DNA of 61,177 nt, counting the filler, from Catajapyx aquilonaris (taxonomy: Eukaryota): the NCBI GenBank assembly GCA_000934665.2. It is 3 parts of 3 records of this genome, joined end to end, with 100 filler letters (N's around TTAATTAATTAA, not from the genome) between each part and the next. Parts side by side here need not be neighbours in the genome. Positions count along the whole stretch, not along the records: positions 40,855 to 61,177 come from JYFJ02006292.1; 2 more parts are not named here. One strand, written 5' to 3'. The notes under the pieces are model-generated. The model was given only the letters and a program-made list of their open reading frames with translations, had not been told where the DNA came from and ran no database searches. Position 1 is the first letter of the stretch, and the number at the start of each line of letters is the position of its first letter. Positions 52,257 to 61,177 of the stretch are shown here, one piece after another. The position numbers were made by a program, and so were the translations under genes.

Positions 52257-52687
52257 CTGGTTTTGCCTCCCTTCGTCACTTCCACCCTCTGCCTCCTCCC
52301 TGTCTGGACCAGTGTCAGCCTCATGGCCATCCCTGCTCTCCGCCTCTGCTGCTGACCCGGGGTCACTTTCCTGGCTGCTGTTGCCCTCCTCTGGCTCCAC
52401 CTTGACCATCCTGACTCCACGGGCGCTTCTTCCTTCCCAACATTCCTTGACCTTCTCCGCCTCCTCCTTGGTGAACCTGATGGTGACCCCCACTGGTTCC
52501 TCCTCCTCCTCTGGCTCCACCTTGACCCTGTCCCACTTGGAGTGAGTGAAGCTGTGCGCCAGCAGATCAATCTTCCTCTTGAAGACGTTGTTGGGGCACT
52601 GGGTACAGCGGAATCTCCCCAATTTCATCATCTCCATGTCTGACGGGATGATGGGTCTCTCTCTCCTCTGCTGCACACGCCCCAAGT
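52257..52687 (-). CDS. Upstream coding exon of the zinc-finger gene (single C2H2 finger + acidic region)
   Basis: Acceptor TTGTTGTTCCAG; CTQCPNNVFKRKIDLLAHSFTH finger; two VKVE motifs; phase-0 donor CAG|GTGAGA compatible with the acceptor at 44753. Confidence 0.8.
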
Positions 52688-54009
52688 CTGGAACAACAAG
52701 AAGAGTGAATGAGACCCGCCAGTCTCCCCAGTCTGACTCCCTCCCTCTACTTCATGCCCCGCTCTGCCAACCAGACCCAGCAACAATCCCTTCCGAACCA
52801 GGCCTCAACCGACGCGCCCTAGACAACCAACACCCCAACACCAACTGAGAGACGCCTTCTTCAGACCAACCCCCAGATAGTTCCCCTTCCCTCCGCCACG
52901 AAGGGTGGTCGTGGCGCCACGTACCCAAGGGGGACCAGGGGCGATTCGGTAAGTGTGTCCATCTAGAGGTGGTTGTGGGGACCACGATATGTTTGGAGTG
53001 TTGCAATGATGTGTATGTTTATTTTGTTTCGTTATTTTCAATTTTCCCCTAGCTCTCCCGGGTTATGACAGTTGGTAAGAATACACTTGAAATCCCTTCA
53101 AAAATGATTACAAGCTCAGGTGTAGCAAAATATAGGAAAAAAAGCTTGCCAATTATATTATATAGAAAAAAAAGGTTGCCAAATTTTTTTTTGCAAGAAA
53201 GCATCAATTTGCATACCTAGTTTTCAATGGATGTATTTGGTCTAGACTTTTTTAGAAAACATTATTAAGTATTTTTGCATATTGTGTGTAAATAGTCTAA
53301 CTTGTTAGCAACTTACTGTACCTTGCAAATATTTCACATTTTCCCAACTAGTAAACGAAAAAAGGGGCCAAAATATATGGGCCTTTTAATACACTAAATT
53401 CTGGAACACATCACACATGTCATTACTTACATCTGGAAATGTTCAATTAAGCATATTATTCACACCTGATTCCTGTCATACTCACTTCCCCACAAGTTGA
53501 CGAAATGTGTCACACCTGAACCTAAAGGTCAATTACTTTCGATGTCAATACAATATTCTGATCTGCAGTGAATCCTACAATGTGCGGACCTTGGACGTAA
53601 TCATGAACGCATCTTGAAGAAATGTGCTACAGAATAAAGGGTTCAATGTGATTTTATTCTTGAAAATAAACAAATTATATTGCACCTTCACTTAAGGCAA
53701 CTGCTAGGTTTTTACATACCGCACAGTTGGATGCAGGGTGAAATTGCTTTCAAATTGAGCCCATCACGCTCTTACAGCTGGGTACCTTTTCTTATGGTAC
53801 AGCGACATAATAAAAACGTGGCAATTATAAAATAATTTTCAGAAAACTCACAGACAATCGTAATTATACTCATATCATGGAACTGGCAGTTAAGCTGACG
53901 ACACTCATTTGTAAGAATCTCTGAACACATGACTTCCATCTGATAACAAGGCAATATTCAGGACCTTTCATATTTCCTGTCAGGAATTAATATCCTAGCT
54001 GATGCCTCA

Positions 54010-56326
54010 TCTAATACATATTTCTCGACGTATGTCTCTCTGTCTGTCTTTCCTCTTATTCGCTATGCAAATCCATACGGAGGCCCCGACATATGCCCCA
54101 GGGGTTTCACTAGGGGTAGTTTTTTACTGGGAATGTCATAAGCACATTGGAATTTACCTCCGAGGTCATCCGTGGCCACAGGAGGCGAAAAGAACTTCGG
54201 ATGTTGGCCCCCTGTGTTCTAATAATGCTGTTTAGTTGCCCTGGAAACCATATTCCTTCCCTCCTCTCCCTCCCCTCCCCTCCCTCCATCCCTCCCCCCA
54301 CTGCCTCCCTCCCTCCCTCCCTCCCNACTGCCTCCTCCTCCAGCCCCTCAGTGTCATTACATTTCTACGTGGTGGCTGTACTTTGGTCAGTGTTTTTGCA
54401 CTCACATTGGTTGCATACTTTATAGTTCCAATTTAGAATTTATTACACACTGTTGCCTTGGTTACGAGACTACTGGTGTGATTGGGTGATGGTCACGTTT
54501 TGTTCATAACATTCAAAGAGTTCCATATCTTGCTATCCTGGTATCTTATTCCATGTTTATCCTATAGACACGGTGGCACGACGGTCCAGCTACGGGGCAG
54601 GCCCAGGGTTCCAGCTGGTGGTATACAAATGCGCTGTGTGTAAGAGAATAGCGGTTTTGGGTTGTTTGTTCAGGCAGCCTGTCGGACTTTTCGTGGCGTA
54701 CTTTTTCTGCCATACCTTTTCCTCTACGTATACCGTGTCATATGCTTTTTGTCTCTTCTTCCGAACTGTGTTACGTTCTGCGTCATGTAGTTTTCAATCG
54801 TTTTGCTTCTATTTGTTTCTTCCCCCTTTGTAAAATTTGGACCTCCACATCCTCAATGTATATTCAAAAGTCGTTATGGGATGTGGTTTAACGTGTTTAA
54901 GGTGTGGTATAAAGGTATAAGGTGTGGTATAATGTGTATAATGGTATTACGTGTATAAGGTGTGGCATAATGTGGTCTACGTAGGTATGTGTCATGCAGT
55001 TTTCAATCTCTTTTGCATTTGTTTGTTTTTTCACTTTCTAACGTTTGGACCTCCACATTCTCAACACCCCACCGACTTTAACATGGGCCTGAAAACATAG
55101 TAGCATTGGCAGAAGCACATTGGATACACACAGAGTTCGGCTAAGGGTGAGGGACCAAGAGACTGAGGAAGAACACCAAGCATGTCTCCACTCTATGAGA
55201 AACAGCGGCCATCAGTCGGAGATTAGCTCCATTTTCATCAACCCACCTCCTACATGCTGCTTTCCACTACTCAGCAGACATTGACAATAATTCTTCTGTC
55301 GGTGTTGTTGCAATTGGATCTATGTCAGAGGTATGCCACCACATTGTCAGGCAAAGAAGTGGAAGGGTGAAACAAAAACGATCTGTTGCTCCATTGGAAA
55401 GGTTAGCCTTCCTCTACTGGCTGAGCCCCCACAGCTATACTTAAAATGCTCCTCTCAGGTACATCGTCTGATTCAAAACATTTCCTGAAGACCATCAGAA
55501 ATTACAATTCGGCCTTCCAGATGACATCTTTTGGGGCCAACATCGTTAGAGAAGGACACTTCATGCCTACATTCAAAGTGCAAGGGCAAATTTACCATCT
55601 CATGGGATCACTCTTTCCTTCAGAAAATGAGAGTCCGCGGTTTCTGCAGCTTTACTTCGTGGGGAACATGCAACAGCAGGCGGAATACCGTTGCACCTAC
55701 TTAAACGGCACACGCATGGACATCATACTGCAACTTCAGGAGATGATCCATTCCACTCATGTCAAGAGCTTCAAACTTGCACTTGAGAGTCCTCCTCCTC
55801 TGGAATTTGACTTGGTCATCGATGCAGACAAGCGACCACAAGGCGAGCATCGTGGTCGATTCAATCAACCTTCTTGCAATGAGATTGCTGTGATCATGAC
55901 TGGTCAGGAGCATGGTAATAAGAGGGATATTGTGTTGAAGCTTCGAGACAACACGCTTCATCTATGCAATTATGAACGTAATTGGCCATACCAAATATTG
56001 CATGTGCATCAAGTCCCCAAAAAAAAACGCTATGGATGTCAGATTGTAAGCTCTGCCATGCTGGAGCTTCTACATTCTACATTTACTGCACAACCTTCAA
56101 TATTTCATTACATACTTCTGCTGGATTTTGGAGGTGTATTGTGTATTTTCTTACAATCCGACATCCGCAGTGTGTTGTTTGGACTTCATGCACGTGCAAT
56201 ATGCTCCATGTTACATGTATGCCAACATTGTATAGCCATAATTACTTCAAAGGTTACTACCAAATCAATGAGTCACTCCTATGGAAAAGTATTTCATAAC
56301 CCGAGCAACGCCGGGTATCCTGCTAG
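54010..56326 (+). mobile_element. Helitron, internally deleted
   Basis: A|TC 5' end, 3' hairpin ACCCGAGCAACGCCGGGT followed by CTAG|T; contains a RepHel N-terminal fragment. Confidence 0.88.
55310..55960 (+). pseudogene. Helitron Rep/Helicase N-terminal fragment
   Basis: HCQAKKWKGE...CCSIGKV zinc finger; FLKTIRNYNSAFQMTSFGA, PTFKVQGQIYH, PRFLQLYF, HRGRFNQP..NEIAV, RDIVL motifs; truncated before the Rep/helicase core. Confidence 0.92.
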
Positions 56327-56746
56327 TGAACAATAATTCCACGCAGGAGGTGGCACGTGCTGAGTGGCTTCCAATTGAAGGGTCAGTTTCACATTGCGAC
56401 TTTTTCGCACTAAGTTGTTTATCGTGGAGAAGTTACTTTCGAACAGTTACTTTTAAAATATTACATGCTAATAGAACGAACGTGCACTAGTTTTTTGAGA
56501 CCGCGAATTGGAATGATTCTCCATAGACATATTAACGGTAACATAAGGGATTATTATTGTTGTTGTTGTTGTTGTTAATGCCTCGGTTTATTTCAGATCC
56601 TACTTATATGGGCTTGGATGCGATGAAATTATACCGATTTCTTACCTTCTTCCATACACTCTCATTCACTGAGAAATTGATTCACCTGCAGTGACGTTAA
56701 TGGCAGACATACGTTTCACGCAATACATAGGCTAATGTATTGCATA

Positions 56747-57606
56747 CTAGCAGGTTACCCGGCGTTGCCCAGGTATGTTGGGGTGCTGGTAAAGATAGGG
56801 GTACATATCTGTGATAGATTACCTGCTTGTCTTATAGCGTACAGTCGACACGGATATTCTGATTGGATGTGTAAAAGGCGGAATGCGGATGGAGTTGGCC
56901 CAGGAAAAGACTGCACAGCCATGTGTTTTTTCCCCTGCATTTTGGACCCCTTGACCCCCCCCCCTCCCCCCCAACCCCACTTCACACCCCCACCTCGTTC
57001 CATATGTTTGCTCTGGATAACTTTAGAAATGTACATACAGATGTATGATGGGAAGTTTTGTTTCAACACGGAGTAATATAAAGTGGTGCTGCGGGAACGT
57101 CGGGTTCGATCCCAGCCCGGGGTTCCCTCCTTCATCCCGTGCAGAGTTGGGTCGTCTCTGGCTTCGTTTCGGGTGGAATCTCCTCAGACTAATCCACCTG
57201 GGGGAGTTCACAAAATATACCGTTTGAGAATAATTGCACTTGCAACTTGCACATCCCCTCCCAGTCACCCTGCCCGTGGGCCCAAGCGCTACGTCAAAAA
57301 GGTTCCATCAAGACGAAATAAAGGTTCCCTCCCTGCGGTACGATGTAGGGAAGTAAATAGCTAAAAAAAAGATAGGCATTTCCATGGGAATGCAAATTGA
57401 TTTATTGTTATTATTGTAAGCTAATTGTTGAGGCAGGAATATGCGTGTTGTGGGAGTTAGGTACATTTTCGGAATCTGAAACATGCGGCGTTAGATTCCT
57501 TGGAAAAAGTAACCCCAGATATGCTAATTTAAGGCGGTGTAGGGGCCTTCCCCTGGATTTCTATAAGGGACAAACATCCAAACTTCCTTATTTATAGATA
57601 TAGAGA
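56747..57606 (-). mobile_element. Non-autonomous Helitron
   Basis: Minus strand: A|TCTCTATATCTATAAATAAGG 5' end; 3' hairpin ACCTGGGCAACGCCGGGT followed by CTAG|T. Confidence 0.85.
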
Positions 57607-58469
57607 TGGTACTCCGAGTTACTTGTATATGTTGCAGCAAAAGCGGAAGCATCAAATATGTCATGGCATAGTGTTCACCACCTTTCTCGTACAACATTAT
57701 AAAAATACAATAAAAATGCCTAATTAATTGTAGCCTAATTGGCACGCAGATAGTGACCGGGCCACTCATCAAATTTCAGGCCATCATGGGCCTGCTATAC
57801 TTTGACTCGACATGCTAATGATGAGTTATCTGGGCGCATTTCTCGCATTTAAAATATATATTTCCTCGTACATGTCGTTGGATTGGATTATATTTATGTC
57901 AATGACAGTGTGTCGAGGAATCTGGAAAAAAATCTGCATATTTTTCACCGCATCCAGGAATTTGTAAATTCAACTTTTCCATAAGAAAAAGCACGAGCCC
58001 GGAGGGAATGGCCGTGGGTACGTCACAGTTCTGAGAAGAGAAGAAGGGAGGGGGAGCTGACGTCAGAAAACCTGCTCAGTGGCTAGTGAACCAGCCATAC
58101 TATAAGCAATCTCTCTCAAGCGGCCGTGGTGAAACCTGTGTATAGCAGAATAGCACAGTGCCCTAATCATAATTGACAAGTTTCCGCTGAAAATTACGAT
58201 TTTCCTAGTCATCAGCACCAAACGGGAAAGAGTAGAAGTGAACGCTGCAAAGCATTGTGGGCAGAGGTGGCAGAGAGTGGGGGAGAAAAAAAAGTGTCGC
58301 TGCTGTTGCGGATCGCGCGTGAACCATTTAACGATGTCGGATATATATATATCCTCCTGAGACCTGATGTCCAACATATTGGACATCAGCAAAAAAAAAA
58401 AAGACGTCAACTGAAATTGACGCCAAGATTTTTTTTTTTAGGTCTCAGGAGGATATAGTACGGTATATC

Positions 58470-58953
58470 AGCCGTTTCCGCTGTATTCGACACGGTATTT
58501 ATGTCCTGCGCATACGCCCATTCCCGGAAAAATTCCGCAATGGACAAGTTTTTCTAAGACTCTGGGTACGTTATGGACAGGTTTCACTACATATATCTAG
58601 ATTGAATCCTGTCCATAACGGACCCTGAACATAACGGAAACTTGCCTATTGCGGAATTTTTCTGGTAACGGACGTATGGAAAACACACGATTTCCGCGTC
58701 GAATATAGCGGAAACTTGCTCATTGCGGAACATTTTATCATCACATGCATTTCCGCCATGCGCAGATTTCACTGAATATAGCTAGATGGGAAGTAAAACC
58801 TGTCCACAACAGACCCTGTGTATAACGGAAACTTGCCTATTGCGGATTTTTTCTGGTAACTGGCGTATGGAAAGTACAAGATTTCCGCGTCGAATATAGT
58901 GGAAATTTTTCATACGCCTGTTACCAGAAAAATTCTGCAATAGGCAAGTTTCC
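58470..58953. repeat. Direct and inverted ~100-190-bp subrepeats (MITE-derived)
   Basis: GGAAACTTGCCTATTGCGGA..TTTTCTGGTAAC..GATTTCCGCGTCGAATATAG occurs twice, with inverted copies at ~58475-58550 and 58920-58953. Confidence 0.7.
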
Positions 58954-59062
58954 ATTATCTAAAAGTTGATAAAACTTATACAGTATTTTAGGTCCCTTTT
59001 GGCACCTGAATTCTCACCCCCCACCATGCGAACATCTCCAATAAAATAATCTGCATGCTCAC

Positions 59063-59390
59063 CTGGTTTTGCCTTCCTCCGTCACTTCCACCCCCTGCCT
59101 CCTCCTCACTGTCTGGACCAGTGTCAGCCTCATGGCCATCCCTGCTCTCCCCCTCTGCTGCTGACCCGGGGTCACTTCCCTGGCTGCTGATGCCCTCCTC
59201 CTCTGGCTCCACCTTGACCATCCTGACTCCACGGGCACTTCTTCCTTCCCAGCATTCCTTGACCTTCTCCGCCTCCTCCTTGGTGAACCTGATTGTGACC
59301 CCCACTGGTTCCTCCTCCTCCTCCTCTGGCTCCACCTTGACCCTGTCCCACTTGGAGTGAGTGAAGCTGTGCGCCAGCAGATCAATCTTC
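59063..59390 (-). pseudogene. 5'-truncated duplicate of the zinc-finger upstream exon
   Basis: Near-identical to 52257-52576 (KIDLLAHSFTH...GRQNQ|GT); lacks the two cysteines and the acceptor. Confidence 0.85.
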
Positions 59391-60120
59391 GGTCCCCACA
59401 CCCAGAAGGCGCTCATTCAAACAGAACGTAATTGGACGTAATCATGAACGCTTTTGAAGAAATGTGCTACAGAATAATTATACGGTTCAATTGTGATTTT
59501 ATTCTTGACAATACACAAATTATTGCACCTTCACTAAAAACAATTCCTACGTTTTTACATACCGCATAGTTGGATGCATGGTGAAATTGCTTTTAAATTG
59601 AGCCCATCACGCTCTTACAGTTGGGTACATTTTCTTATGGTACAGCCAACATTACGTGGTGAATAAAAACGTGGCAATTATAAAATCATATCCAGAAAAC
59701 TCAAAGACAATGGCAATTACTCATTAAAATTAACGGCTTGGAACTGGCAGCTAAGCTGACGACACTCATTTGTTAGAATCTCTGAATACATCCGGTTAAC
59801 ACATGACTTACATCCGATAACAAGGGTACATTCATATTTCCTGTCAGGAATTAATATCCTAGCTGATGCCTCAAAATAACTCTTCCCAGAAAATGGGCTA
59901 CAATATATTAATTTAATAATTAAATAGATAGCATAAATATATAAATATCCTAGCCGATGAAACTTCACGGAAAACAGATCGAAGCGGATCAAAGACGCAC
60001 GAACTGATGAAAATGAAAGCCTTATGTCACCTACTATCAACGTAATGTGATACAGAGTCTTCACGTTACAAAGCAACAAAAAATATGGGGAAACAACGCC
60101 TTGGGCACCGTCAAATACTT

Positions 60121-60280
60121 CATTTCATTATTAGTGTGAAGGCGCATACAAAATGATGCACCATTTTCTACAAGTAAAAAACCGACAAAACTGCATTGCT
60201 TTGTGCTGACCTTTTTCCACGACTGTCGCAGAAAAGTAATGGTGCATCATTCAAGCTGCCTTCACACTAATAATGTAATG
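60121..60280. repeat. Imperfect inverted repeat
   Basis: CATT.CATTATTAGTGTGAAGGC...ATGATGCACCATT vs AATGGTGCATCAT...GCCTTCACACTAATAATG.AATG. Confidence 0.75.
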
Positions 60281-60867
60281 AGATTTCCGCTGATATGCAT
60301 GTTGTTATTGTCTTAGTTTCTGTTGATTTTCCATTGCTTTTTAAAGTGAGGACATGCTATTTTCCACTGATAGCAGTAACCACATGAAGCTGATAGAGAC
60401 TGATTTCCTTCAGTTCGGTTACATACTGGGGTTTGGTTCCATTTTCAACAACTTACAATATTCCTCTCTGTACTTACACAATATTAGATGATCAAGTAAC
60501 ATTTTTGGATTAGCACTGACAGACTTTCCTCGTTGTTTTATCAGCGAGTGCATTTCTCCGGCTTATGAAAAATACTACAATGTGCTGCAAAAATTTTTGT
60601 AGGAAAATATCAACATTTTATCCACATGTTATTCACCTTTGCACCAATTTGCAACATTGCAGTGAGACACAGCATATTGACTTAGGATGTCACAAGATCA
60701 CCACTAAACAACTAAATACAAACAACTTTTATCCAAATATATGAACTCTTTAAGATTGTCTGAAAACAGCCATACAAATAACAGCCTGACCTTAGCTTTG
60801 CTAAGTTTGTACCGCATAGGAGGAACATAAGAATGGCACTTGAGGTCCTGTATGTAATGATGGTACC

Positions 60868-61177
60868 TTAATAAGTAGTATGATCAATTGTAATGTTCGG
60901 TCGAACTGCTTTGATCTTTCTGATGTTAATTATCATCTTTCGCATTGGGAAACAACCGTACAGGTCAAGGTGCTTAATCGGCAATTCCTCCACCAGATGC
61001 AGCAGGGGATCAATCGTAACCCTATTGCAGCCCTTAATAGAGAGACTAGTCAGGTGAGGGCAAAATGCAGCAATGAGGTTCAAGTGTATGTAATCTGCGC
61101 AGGTGTAGGACAGCTCGAGAGTCACCAGTTTGCCTACCACTTCTTCAAGAGAGAGAAACTCATACAGAGCTTCAGGA
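60868..61177 (-). CDS. 3' exon of a cysteine-containing LRR protein (F-box/LRR type), partial
   Basis: Frame open to the window end; LVTLELSYT, CPHLTSLSIKGCNRVT and IKHLDLYGC LRR motifs; typical 'RPNITI' C-terminus. Confidence 0.85.
   Translation of the reverse strand, partial: PEALYEFLSLEEVVGKLVTLELSYTCADYIHLNLIAAFCPHLTSLSIKGCNRVTIDPLLHLVEELPIKHLDLYGCFPMRKMIINIRKIKAVRPNITIDHTTY

Noticed and set aside
55960..56336. C-terminal part of the 296-aa ORF as genuine Helitron protein
   Set aside because: RepHel similarity ends near RDNTL; the rest is read-through into non-coding 3' sequence and past the CTAG end

Overview
This is eukaryotic (animal, probably arthropod) genomic DNA. It consists of three contigs of nearly equal length (1-20333, 20434-40754, 40855-61177) joined by artificial 100-bp N44-TTAATTAATTAA-N44 spacers, so linkage across the gaps should not be assumed. 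Contig 1 holds tRNA-derived SINEs, MITEs, a tRNA-like cloverleaf, and probable 5' exons of a secreted/membrane protein (signal peptide plus an iGluR/IR S1-like start). Contig 2 has no recognisable gene. Unique GC-richer regulatory-looking islands alternate with several unrelated tandem-repeat families that are built around transcription-factor-like cores (CCGTTR, AACNGGTT, GTAAACA). Contig 3 is a minus-strand cluster containing a spliced 10-finger C2H2 zinc-finger gene, a truncated duplicate of its upstream exon, the 3' end of an F-box/LRR-type gene and a probable F-box pseudogene. It also carries two convergent Helitrons, an Academ-like remnant and two large foldback elements, one directly behind the zinc-finger stop codon. 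No prokaryotic-type system (CRISPR, operon, rRNA) is present. All calls were made by eye without database searches.
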